64,000 bases of DNA, taken from assembly GCF_009914755.1 (NCBI RefSeq), contig NC_060925.1; one strand, written 5' to 3'. Under the pieces are notes generated by a model. The model did not search any database and was not told the origin of the DNA. It saw nothing but the letters and a program-made list of their open reading frames with translations. Shown here piece after piece: positions 27,379 to 45,304 of this stretch; within the stretch, counting starts at the first letter, position 1; every line of letters begins with the position of its first letter. A program made the translations under genes and the position numbers. The stretch comes from the human T2T-CHM13v2.0 reference genome, Homo sapiens.

Positions 27379-29028
27379 GAGGCAAGTCATTCCTGTCTGA
27401 TAGTTCCCAAACATCCCTATCTGCCACGTTTTCTTGAAACCCAGAGACTCTGTTCCAGTGGATGGAGGCAGCCAGCTAGTCTACAGCTGCATAGTGTCAA
27501 ACAATTTCCCCCTTCTGGTCGAGCTTTCACCTACGTGACAGTGTGAACAAAACTAAAGGCATTAGCACTACTCTCAGTTACTATCATTCAAGGTTTCTGG
27601 TCTCAACACATCATTCATAGGTTATGATGTACTCATGATCATGTATTTCCTTGAGTTTTTGTCATTCCAATAGAAGAGAGGCCATCTGATGTTTGACTGA
27701 TGGGCTGTGCAAACATTTAAAAATTTTTTAGAGGACACAATGCACCAGGGAGACTAGTATTACGACTATCTGGAGAATACTATCAAGATTTTGAGATATG
27801 CTTCTTAGCTAGGGTACCAGTAAATCAAACCAACTAAAAATGAATAGATCAAAGAATGAGCCAGATGAGGGGTGGACCCATTTTAACCAAATAACCTGTT
27901 TGTTAATTTTTGTAATTGGGTCTCAAAATTACCCATATATTTTTTTCCTGTACAACAAGAAATGTTAGCAATTGCACAGATTTCTCCCTATCTAGCCAGT
28001 ACGCATCAATTCTTTTATCTAGCATTGCATGACTTGGTTAAAGTAGGGAGGGGCAATTTGCAGGTTACCTGTAGAAGCTAATGATTGTCAAAGTTTAACT
28101 ACAGCATTATCCTGCCAACTGAAAGAGATAGGCATAAACAAGGGAAAATTAAGAGGGTTAAAAGTCTCATATCATGGAGTCCTGTTCTGACAGTCTTGGG
28201 AAAAGCTCTCCACTGCATGAAGTCAGCAACTTCTCCTGGTTTGCAGTTTGTATGTTTCTGATTATGGCATCAGGCATTTTGGTGAATTCTCTGTGTGGCC
28301 CATACATCAGGCATGAGCTTTGCCTCTTGAAATTTATTAAGTTGGCCTTATGGGCTTTATGAACAGAGTAGTTTTTGTTCTTAGTTGGAGAATCATAGCC
28401 AGATATTAGAGGAAACTAGAATTCAGAATCAAATTCAGTCTACAGGCAGAAAATAAAAACTTGAAAGCAATGAACTTGGCTACAATTGAATAACAGATGT
28501 AACACAGTTTTCTTCTAAAATGTAATTTTTCTCTCTATAGTCACTACCATTTCTATAAAAGATAATCAGAGTAAGACTAATTTGTTTGCAAATTAAGTTT
28601 AGTTTCATTAAACTTGGCCTATTTATTCACCTAAGTGCAGCATGCATAATCACATAGTTTCCTTTTAAATTTTCTTTGCTGGAAATTTTGACAAGGAATC
28701 TCAAATTAGACTTTTAAAAATCTCTTGACACTAGGAAGCCAAACCAAAGCAGATCAGACCTTGCCTGAAGTATCTAATATCTTGAGGTTCCTGGGCCTGC
28801 CAGAAAGTGACAACTTTTTGTTCACTCACTGTAATGGTGGGAACACTTAAAGCTAGGCATTTTATGTACATTTTCAAATATGACATTCCAGTCAAAGCCT
28901 CTATGATATAACCAATGTTTCCAATTGCATCCTCTTATAAAGAGAGGAAATTTTTGTGAACTTATATAAATAGCCATATTGCCATCATAATAAGAACATT
29001 CACAAATAATTTAAAAAAATTTTGAGGG

Positions 29029-29278
29029 GGCCAGGCATGGTGGCTCATGCCTGTAATCCCAGCACTTTGGGAGGCTGAAGTGGGCAAATCATGAGGTCAG
29101 AAGTTTGAGACCAGTCTGGCCAACATGGTGAAACCCCGTCTCTACCAAAGATAACAAAAAATTAGTTGGGTGTGGTGGTGCATGCCTGTAATCCCAGCTA
29201 CTTGGGAGGCTGAGTCAGGAGAATTGCTTTAACCCGGGAGGCAGAGGTTGAAATGAGCCAAGATCATGCCATTGCACA
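29029..29278 (+). mobile_element. AluS lacking its 3' end and poly(A)
   Basis: Alu stops at gccattgcac and host ERV sequence resumes. Confidence 0.9.
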
Positions 29279-30175
29279 TTGGAGGGACTGGGTAAGAAAG
29301 AAAAGCAAATGTCTCATTTTTATTTGGAAAAGTATTATTTACCAAACTGCTATAAGCCATTGATAGTTTAAAAGAAAAAAAACAATACTTTCCTTAAGTC
29401 TGGAAAGCAAAACATTGAGAGAGCTAGCAATGTTTTAAATTAAAAAGTTGTAAAAACCCATAATTCTTCCTCATCAGTTCATTCAGTCTCATGTAATTAA
29501 TTCTTGCTGTGTTTGATCTTCGTTAACAGTTTCACGAATTCATTTGTTTCTTCATTAAAGTTCTCAAAATTGTTACTCAGTCCAGTGGTATCTCAAAGCA
29601 GTCAGATACCTGTACTTGTTAGTGTTCTTTCCATTCTTTCTATAAACCTCCTTAAAGGCACACATCTGAGAATTAGAATTACTTGCAAAAAGCTTTCAGA
29701 AAGCCACTGGAATAAAGCAATTAATTAAGGACAACATAACTTCAACTGGCTATGGTTAACAGCCTGATAAGAATTTGTTATAATAATAATGCAATTGACA
29801 AAGGAATTTGTTTAGTTCTGTGGCATACAACATGTTAACATAATAACCAAACAAGATTGATAACATAATTGATATCTACAAATATACAAATTCGGAAAAC
29901 ATATTAATAACAGCCATACAAATATAACTCAAATAAGCATAAATGTTATTTCTTCTTTGATAATGTTTTCTATATAATTTAACATAATTGACGGAGCCTA
30001 ATTGGCTTAAAGTCTCTCTTTTGGACATTTAGGGGTTTTTCTAGAATGTCTAATAGTTAATTTGAGGTCAAAAATTCTTAATTTTAGAATTTGATTTTGG
30101 GAAGTTTGTTAAAAATATCAAAGGTTGAAAATGCTTGATTAAAATACAATCACTGGTCACTTTGCATCAGTGTAT

Positions 30176-30763
30176 TTTGTCAAGACCTAATCAGTACAAC
30201 AAGATATAAATAGAAACAATAAAAAGTTAAAAAGCAGCGGGACAAAAGTAAGGTGTAGAGTTTTTATTCATTTTCTTTTTGCTTGTTTGTTTATGCAAAT
30301 AATGTAAAGTTGTTATCATATTAAAATAATGGATTATAAGAGTATTTGTAAGCCTCATGGCAACCTCAAACCAAAAACCATACAATGGACACACAAAAAA
30401 AATAATAAGCAAGAAGTTAAATCATATCACCAGAGAAAATCACCTTCTCTAGAGGAAGACAGAAAGGAAAGAAAGAAGGAAGAGAAGACCACGAAATAAC
30501 CAGAAAACAAATAACAAAATCACAGGAGTGAGTTCCTACTTATCAATAATAACATTGAATGTAAATGGACTAAACTCTCTAATCAAAAGACATAGGCTGA
30601 ATGGATGAAAAAACAAGATCCATAGATTTGTTGCCTACAAGAAACGTACTTCACCTGTAAAGATACACATAGACTGAAAATAAAGGGATGGAAAAAGATA
30701 TTCCATGCAAATGGAAACCAAAAAAGAGCAGAAGTCACTATATTTATATCAGAGAAAAATAGA
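30176..30763 (+). mobile_element. L1MA inter-ORF/ORF2-start segment, inverted relative to the adjacent piece
   Basis: Homologous to ~16915-17485 of the in-window L1MA. Confidence 0.85.
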
Positions 30764-33305
30764 ACAGGTCTGGTGTTGATGAAATCCTTCAGCTTTTGTT
30801 TGTCTGGGAAAATATTTATCCTTCATGTTTGAAGGACATTTTCACTGGATATACTATTATTCTAGGGTAAAAGTTTTTTTCTTTAGCACTTTAAATATGT
30901 CAGGCTATTCTCTCCTGGCCTGTATGGTTTCCACTGAAAAATCTGCTGTCAGACTTTTGGCAGCCAGACTATTGGAGTTCCGTTGTATATTATTTGGTTT
31001 TTTTCTCTTGCTGCTTTTAGGATCCTTTTCTTCTCCTTGATCAATTCTCCTATAAAAGGATTCTGATGTATTCTTCAGTATGCCAATTGCATTTTTCAGC
31101 TCCAGAATTTTGGCCTGATTCTAATTATTTCAATCTCTTTGTTAAATGTATCTGATAGAATTCTGAACTCCTTTTTGTGATCTTGAATTTCTTTGCATTA
31201 CCTTGACACAGCTATTTTGAAATCTCTACCTGAAAGGTCACATATCTGTTTCTCCAGGATTGGTCCCTGGTGTCTTATTTAGTTCATTTGGTAAGGTCAT
31301 GTTTTCGTGGATGATGTTGATGCTAACAGATGTTCTTTAGTGTCTGGGCATTCAGGAATTAGGTATTTATTGTAGTCTTACTATCTACACTTGTTTGTAG
31401 CCATCCTTCTTACAAAGGTTTTCCAGATATTTGAAAGGACTTTGGTATTGTGATCTAAGCTGTATCTGATTTATGGGGCACCCCAAGCCCAGTATCACTG
31501 TGGTTCTTCCAGGCTTGTAGAGGTACCATCTTGATGGTCTTAGACCAGATCTGGAAGAATTCTCTGTATTACCAGATAGAGACTCTTGTTCTCTTCTCCT
31601 ACTTTCTCCCAAACAAATGGAGTCTTCTCTCTATTCTGAGCCACATAAAGCTGGGAATGAAGTGTCACAAGCACCCCTGTGGCCACCACCACTGTGACTG
31701 CAATAGGTCAGACCTGAAACCCAAGGCCTGCTATAACCATTCCCTGGCTACTGCCTATGTTTGCTTAAAGCCCTGAGGCCCTACAATCAGCAGGTGACAA
31801 TGTCAGCCATGCCTGTATCCTCACCTTCAGGGCAGCAAGTTCCCCCAGGCCCAAGGTAGTTTCACAGGTGCTGTCTGAGAGTCAGAGACAAGAGTCAAAT
31901 ACCTTAGAAATCTACCTGGTGCTCTATTTTATTATGGCTGAGCCAGCACTCATACTAAAAGATGCAGTCCTTCCCACTCTTCCTGCTTCTTTCCGAAGGC
32001 AGAGGAGCTGCACCCTGTAACCAGTGCCACCCCAGGCCACAAGGAGTACTACCAGACTACCAGCCAATGGTCCTGTAAGGCCCAAGGGCTCTTCAGCCAG
32101 CTTGTGGTGAATGCTGCCTGGCATGGGACTCATTCTTCAGGGAAGTTGTCTCCCTTCTATCCCAGAGCAGGTCCAGAAATGCCATCCAAGAGTCCAGTTC
32201 TGGAATCAGGGACCCTAAGATCTTGCTTGGTTTTCTGCCCCCATTGCCATCATGGTACCTAAGGTGTAAGACAAAGTCCCCTTTATATTTTCCTTTGCTT
32301 TTCTCAAGCAGAAGGGGTTTTTCCCTGTAGCCACCAAAGCTGGGAATGTGCTGAGTCTCACCTGAAGCCAGCAAGTCTCAGAGGCTCACTTAAGGCTTTT
32401 GGTGTAGTACCTGGGTATTGCTGCTGGTTATTCAGGGCTCAAGGGCTCTTCAGTTAGCAGGTGATGAATGCTGCTGCCAGGACTAGATACTTTCCTTCAA
32501 GGCAGCAGGTCCCCTTCTGGCTAGGTTGTGTCTAGAAATGTCATCTGGCAGCAAGGCCCTAAAACAGGGGCCTCATGACTCTATCTGGTGCCCTACCCTG
32601 CTGTGGTTGAACTGGTTTCCAAGATGTAAGGCAAAGTCCTCCCCATCTCTTTCCTCTTCTCTCCTCAGGTGAAAGGAAGGGATCTCTTTTGAAGCCTTGA
32701 GCTGTGCAGCCTTGGGGAGGGGAGGGATGAGGCCAGCAGTCCCTAGATTGCCCCAACTGGTGTCTCAGTATGTCATGTTCACCCCTTGTCCATTGTCTCT
32801 GGGCCTAGTTTAGCACTAGGGCTTGCCTAAGAGTTACTTTCCTTATGGCCTAGGTTGCCTTTCAAGTTTACTTGGAGACCCAGTGCTGTAGCCCTCTGTG
32901 GTGAGGTTTGCAGACACTCAAGTTCTCACCACTGGGATCCATGATTCCAGTTTGGCTAGAGCTGGCTTAAATGTTCCCTCCATGGGGAGGTGACAGCTAG
33001 GTTTGGCCCAGTTTTACTTTCTGCTCTAACAAGACAGAAACTGAGTTCAACGCCTCACAATTGTTGTATCCTACCTCTCCCAGTACCCTGAGAGGCTCTC
33101 CGCACCACACTGCTGCTGCAGGTGGAAGGGAGTGACGTCAGCAATTACCGACTCTTTTTTCTATCTCTTCGTTGCCTCTTTCAGTGATACTGCTCACTTG
33201 ACTTTTGATTCTAATGAAGGTGTTTTTTCTGTGTAGATAGTTGTTTACTTGTCCTTGTGGAAGGACAATCAGTTGAGCCTTCTACTTTGCCATCTTGTTC
33301 GGCCT
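30764..33305 (-). mobile_element. L1MA 5'UTR plus ORF1, 3'-truncated
   Basis: Minus strand starts gaacaagatggcaaagtagaaggctc. Repeated 5'UTR units. ORF1 homologous to ~15600-16697 with an internal deletion near 31045. Confidence 0.85.
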
Positions 33306-33941
33306 TGGGAATCCATCTTAATTTAAGTCAACTTAATCACACAAGATTTTTTTATAAGATTCATTCTTCACAAACCTTCTACAATTTGCTTAGACTTTCA
33401 GTTTTGTCCTCTATTTCTTTTTCTTATCCTATTGGGACAACAAATCATTCTACCTTAGGACAAAAACTTGCTTCTCTTTTTTTCTTATTATTTTGACCAC
33501 ACAAACTTCTCTCATACAAAAAAATTACCCTCTTTCACTTTTCATTTTTTTCCTAAAATATACCCTCATACATAACTTTTTGCATATCTTTCTTCTACTT
33601 ACTGGTTTATTTGTGCCTTTTTATTTCCTTCTTATATTTATATTTTGAAATAACCTTTAAATAACCTCAAAATTAAGCAAAATTACTTTTTCCAACAAAA
33701 AATATATCTTTAAGTTTTTTTTAAATTTTTTATCACCAAAACATATCTTACTTTTTTGTGTACTTTGCATACAGAATTACATATATTAATTAAAATTTGT
33801 AACTCTTAGTAGCCTTTTTAGTGAAAATCTAAAAAGATTTTGAACTGTCATCTACAAGATTTTGCAAAATACATTTTGTAGGTTTTAGTAATATATGCTT
33901 CCTCATAGAAAAATTAATTAATGTAAAACAGCAATATTTAC

Positions 33942-34410
33942 TGTCAGGCCTCTAAGCCGGAGCTAAGCCATTGTAACCCCTGTGACCTGCAAGTATACAT
34001 CCAGATGGCCTGCAGGAGACAACAAGTCTGGAGCAGCCGAAAAACCACAAAAGAATTGAAACAGCCAGTTTCTGCCTTAACTGATTAACCAAACCTACAA
34101 CATTCCACCATTATGACTTGTTCCTGCCCTACCCTAACTGATCAATCGAGGTTATGACATTCTTCTCCTGGACAATGGGTCTCATGATCTCCCCACCGTG
34201 CACCTTATGACCCCCTCCCCTGCTAGACAACAGACACCTTCAACTGTAACTTTCCACTGCCTACCCAAGTCCTGTAAAGCTGTCCCTCTCCTATCTTCCC
34301 TTCGCTGACTCTCTTTTTGGACTCAGCCCACTTGCGCCCAAGTGAATAAACAGCCTTGTTGCTCACAAAAAAGCCTGTTTAGGTGGTCTTCTATATGGAC
34401 ATGCATGACA
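33942..34410 (+). promoter_or_regulatory. 5' LTR (LTR7C-like)
   Basis: tgtcaggcc...gcatgaca. TATA mutated to TGTAAA (34273-34278). AATAAA intact (34345-34350). Confidence 0.88.
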
Positions 34411-34412
34411 CT

Positions 34413-34430
34413 TGGTGCCAAAACCCAGGA
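34413..34430 (+). other. Primer-binding site, tRNA-Phe type
   Basis: TGGTGCCAAAACCCAGGA vs Phe complement TGGTGCCGAAACCCGGGA (16/18). Both mismatches are CpG-type G>A. Confidence 0.8.
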
Positions 34431-34974
34431 CAGGGGGACTCCTTCTGGAGACCTGTCCCATGTCCTTGCCCTCTCTCCATGAGGAGATCCACCTATGACC
34501 TCGGGTCCTCAGACCAGCCCAAGGAGCATCTCACCAATTTCAAATCAGGTAACTGGTCCTTTATACTCTCTTCTCCAGCCTCTCTTGCTACCCTTCAATT
34601 TCTCTCTCCTTTCAATTTCAGCTCCTTTTCCTCTCTAGTAGAGACAAGGGAGACACATTTTTTCTGTGGATTCAAAAACTCCAATGTCAGTCACGGACCC
34701 GGGAAGACAGTCTTCCCTTGGTGTCTGATCATTGCAGGGACAACTGCTTTGATCACTGACCCACATTCCATTGGTGTCTGATCACTGTGGGGACGCCTGC
34801 CTTGATCATTCACCCACACTCCCCTGGTGGCAAGCCGATTGCAGGGACAGCTGCTTTGGTTGCTCACCCACATTGCAGCCTAGGACTCAGTCAGGGACGC
34901 CTACTGAAAGCCTGGTAGCTGCCCACCTCCCCTTCTCTGTCTTTACCTTTCTCTTCAAATTTACCTCCTTCACT

Positions 34975-36570
34975 ATGGGCAACCTTCCACCCACCATTCC
35001 TCCCTCTTCCCCCTTAGCCTGTGTTCTTAAAAATTCAAAACCTCTTCAACTAACACCTGACCTAAAACCCAAACATCTTTTTTTCTTCTGCAATACTGCT
35101 TGGCCCCAGTACAAACTCAACAGTGGTTTCAAATGGCCAGAAAATGGCACTTTTGATTTCTCCATCCTGTAAGACCTAGATAATTTTTGTTGAAAATTGG
35201 GTAAATGGTCTGAGATGTCTTACGTCCAAGCGTTTTTTACACTTTGTTCCCTCCTTAGCCTCTGACCCCAATGCGACTCACCCTAAATCTTTCTTCTTTC
35301 TCTCCTGTCCATTTCTTCAGTCTCTACCCCAACCTCAGAGTCCTCTGAATCCTTCTTTTCTTCAGACCCCTCTGACCTTTCTCCCCCTCCCAAGGCCACT
35401 CCTCAACATGCTGAATCAAGTTCCAATTCTTCCTCAACCTCTGCTCCCCCACCTTATAATTCTTCTATCATCTCCCCTCCTCACACTCGGTTCAGCTTAC
35501 AGTTTCATTCCATGACTAGCTCTCGCCCACCTGCCCAACAATTTCCTCTTAGAGAGGTGGCTGGAGCTGAGGGCATAGTAAGGGTTCATGTACCTTTTTC
35601 TCTATCAGACCTTTCCCAAATCAGTCAGCATTTGGGCTCTTTCTCATCAGACCCCACTAAATACATATATGAATTCCAATATTTAACTCAGTCCTACAGT
35701 TTAATCTGGAGTGACTTAAACATCATTCTGACCTCTACCCTCTTCCCAGATGAGTGAGAAAGAGTTTATAACCTAGCCCAATCTCATGCTGACAACTGCT
35801 GGAGTCATGAGCCAGGCCTCCAAGAAGGCACCAGGGCAGTTCCCTGAGAGGATCCCTAATGGGAATACCAAACAGGCTCCAGAGGTACAGCTAGGTGAGA
35901 TTGTATGGTCTCTCGCCTAGTTGAAGGGCTCAAAAAGGCAGCATAAAAAGCTGTTAATTATGACAAGCTTAAAGAAGCCACCCAAGGTAAGGATGAAAAC
36001 CCAGCCCAGTTCATGGCCCACTTGGCAGCTACCCTTAGACGTTTTACAGCTCTGGACCCAGAAGGCCCAGAAGGCTGTCTCATTCTTAATATGCATTTTA
36101 TTACCCAGTCTGCTCCCGACATTAGGAAAAAACTCCAAAAACTAGATTCCAGCCCTCAAACCCCATAAAAAGACTTAATTAACCATGCCTTAAAGGTGTT
36201 CAACAATAGAGAAGAGTCAGCAAAGCAGCAATGTATTTCAGAGCTGCAACTGCTTGCCTCCACTGTAAGACAAACCCCGGCCATGCCTTCAGCACACAAA
36301 AACTTCAGAACAACCAAACCACAGCCTCCAGGCACTTCTTTAAAATCTCCTCATGGACCTTGCTTCAAATGCCAAAAACTCAGCCACAGGGCCTCGGAAT
36401 GCCCGCAGCCTAGGATTCCTCCTAAGCCTTGTCCTGTCTGTGTGGGACCCCACTAGAAGTCAGACTGTCCAACTAGGATTACAGCCTCTCCTAGACATGC
36501 TGGAACAAAAACCTCAGGTTCTCTGGCTGACTCCTTCCCAGATCTCCTCAGCTTAGTGGCTGAAGACTGA
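34975..36570 (+). pseudogene. gag: HERV-H gag, disrupted
   Basis: MGNLPPTIPPSSPLACVLKN start; CA region PLREVAGAEGIVRVHVPFSLSDL...; zinc knuckles CFKCQKLSHRASEC and CPVCVGPH; ends AED*. Multiple internal stops. Confidence 0.85.
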
Positions 36571-38283
36571 CACTGCCTGACCACCTCGGAAGCCCCCTGG
36601 ACTATCACGGACACTGAGCTTCAGGTAGCTCTTACAGTGGAGGGTAACCCTTTTTAATCGATATGGGGGCTACCCACTTCAAATTACCTTCTTTTAAAGG
36701 GCCTGTTTCCCTTGCCCCCATAACTGTTTTGGTTATTGACAGCCAGTCTTCTAAACCTCTTAAAGCTCCCCCACTCTGGTGTCAACTTGGACAATATTCT
36801 TTTATACACTCTTTTTAAATTATCCCCACCTGCCTACTTCTCTTATTAGGCTGAGACATTTTAACCAAATTATCTGCTTCCCTGACTATTCCTGGGCTAC
36901 AGCCACACTTCATTGCTGCCTTTTTGCTCAATTTAAGGCCTCTTTTGCATCCTCCCCTTGTGTCTCCCCACCTTAATCCACAAGTATGGGATACCTCTAC
37001 TCCTTCTTTGGCAACTGACTATGCACCCCTTACCATTCCATTAAAACCTAATCACCTTTACCCTGCTCATTGCCAGTGTCCCATCCCACAGCAGGCTCTA
37101 AGAGGACTGAAGCCTATTATCACTCACCTGTTACAACATGGCCTTTTAAAGCCTACAAATTCTCCTTACAACTCCTCTATCCTACCTGTCCAAAAACCAG
37201 ACAAGTCTTACAGGTTGTTTCAGGATCTTCACCTTATTAATCAAATCGTCATTCCCATCCATCCTATAGTGCTAAACCTTTACACTCTCCTGTCTTCAAT
37301 ACCTGCTTCCACAACTCATTATTCAGTTATTGACCTCTAAGACACCTTCTTTACTATTCCTTTACATCCCTCCTCCCAACCTTTTTTCATCTTTACTTGG
37401 ACTGACCCTGACACCCACCAGTCCCAGCAACTCACCTGGACTGTCCTACCCCAAGGTTTTAGGGACAGCCCATATCACTTTGGTCAGGCTCTCTCTCATG
37501 ACTTACTATCTTTTTGCCCATCTACCTCCCACCTTATTCAATATGTTGATGACCTTCTTCTTTGCAGCCCCTCTTACCAATCCTCCCAGCAGGACACTAT
37601 CCTACTTCTTCAGCATCTCTACTTGAAGGGGTACTGAGTATCCATCTCTAAGGCTCAAATTTCTTCCCCTAGTGTTACATATCTTGGCATAGTCCTCCAT
37701 CAACATACATGTGCTCTTCCTGCAGACCACGTTCAGTTAATCTCCCAGACCCCAATCCCTACCACCAAGCAACAATTCCTTTCCTTCTTAGGCATTGTTG
37801 GATACTTCCAACTCTGGATACCAGGCTTTGCCATCCTAACCAAACCACTTTACAAGCTCACTAAAGGCAATTTAGCTGATCCCAAAGACCCTAAGTCCTT
37901 TCCTCATTCTTTCATTCATTCTCTCAAAAAGGCCTTAGAAACAGCTCCCCCAGCTCATCCCAACCTTTTTCCTTACACACAGCTGAAATACAAGGTTGTG
38001 CTGCTGGAGGTCTCACACAGGAGCCAGGCCCAAAACCTATAGCCTTTCTATCCAAACAACTTGACCTCACAGTTCTAGACTGGCCCTCATATCTACAAGT
38101 GGTGGTAGCTGCCACTTTAATACTTCTAGAGGCCTTCAAAATCACAAGCTATGCTCCACTTACCCTCTACAGTTCTCAAAACCTTCAAGTGTTAATATCC
38201 TCCATGCACCTTTCACACTTATTTTCTGCCCATCGACTCCTCCAGCTCTATTCACTCTTTATTGAAACCCCAATAGTAACTAT

Positions 38284-38292
<9 letters not shown>
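36571..38292 (+). pseudogene. pol: HERV-H pro-pol, disrupted; RT retained, RNase H/integrase deleted
   Basis: Protease D-x-G-A remnant, PVQKPDKSYRL, LPQGFRDSP, YVDD at 37542-37553. Pol homology to the younger proviruses ends at 38292. Confidence 0.85.
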
Positions 38293-44168
<5,876 letters not shown>

Positions 44169-44325
44169 AATTAAATTTTCTTTAAGGTGTCCACAAGCAG
44201 TCCCTGGTCATGCCTGAAGCAGCCCTGAGAAACATCGCCTCTACCCCCCTCCAAAAAAACCCAGAAGGAACTTATATTATTTATCTTTCCTTATGACTTT
44301 TTATTTTATAAATACAAGACAAGAA

Positions 44326-44796
44326 TGTCAACCCTTTGAGCCGGAGTTAAGCCACTGTAACCCCTGTGACCTACACATATACATCCAGATGGCCTGCAGG
44401 AGCCAAGAAGTCTGGAGCAGCCAAAAAACCACAAAAGAAGTGAAACAGCCAGTTTCTGCCTTTGCTGATTAACCAACCCTACAACATTCCACCATTATGA
44501 CTTGTTCCTGCTCTACCCTAACTGATGAATTGACGTTATGACATTCTTCTCCTGGACAATGGGTTTCATGATCTCCCCACCATGCACCTTGTGACCCCCT
44601 CCCCTGCTGACTAGAGATAACCACCTTCAACTGTAACTTTCCACTGCCTACCCAAGTCCTATAAAGCTGTCCCTCTGGTATCTCCCTTTGCTGACTCTCT
44701 TTTCAGACTCAGCCCATTTACACTCAAGTGGATAAACAGCCTTGTTGCTCACACAAAGCGTGTTTTAGGTGGTCTTCTATACAGACATGTGTGACA
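44326..44796 (+). promoter_or_regulatory. 3' LTR (LTR7C-like)
   Basis: Direct repeat of the 5' LTR, roughly 9% substitutions by eye. TATAAA intact (44660-44665). Poly(A) signal mutated to GATAAA (44731-44736). Confidence 0.88.
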
Positions 44797-45024
44797 TTTA
44801 CTATCAGGCTCAAATATAATTTGTCATTTTATAAATTTAAGGAACCAAAAATAAACTTCTGTTAACAATTAACGTTTCAGTATTTAACCTTATTTTGGAA
44901 ATGACTCAGACATTTAATGAATATTTACTACTTAATTCAATATAACATACATTTAAGATTTCATTTATCCACAAAAGGGATTCTTAAGACGATTTTTAAA
45001 GGGAGAAGTTTTATAAAACATGAC

Positions 45025-45304
45025 CTTTTTTTTTTTTAATCTGAGATGGGGTCTTGCTATGTTACCCAGGCTGGAGTTCAATGGGGTGATCACAGCTCAC
45101 TGCAGCCTCAAACTCCCAGGCCTAAGTGATCTCCCATCTCAGCCTCTCAAGTAACTAGGACCACAGATGTTCACCACCATGCCCAAATAATTTTTAATTT
45201 TTTTGTAGAGAATGGTCTCACTATGTTGCCCAGGCTGGTCTCAAACTCCTGGGCTCAAGCAATCTTCCTGCTATGGTCTCCCAAAGTGCAATCACACCCC
45301 GCCC
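45025..45304 (-). mobile_element. Alu (AluJ-type)
   Basis: Reverse divergent Alu. Confidence 0.9.

Noticed and set aside
30176-33305. Twin-primed L1 insertion
   Set aside because: The junction geometry is 3'-to-3' and there is no poly(A) or TSD.
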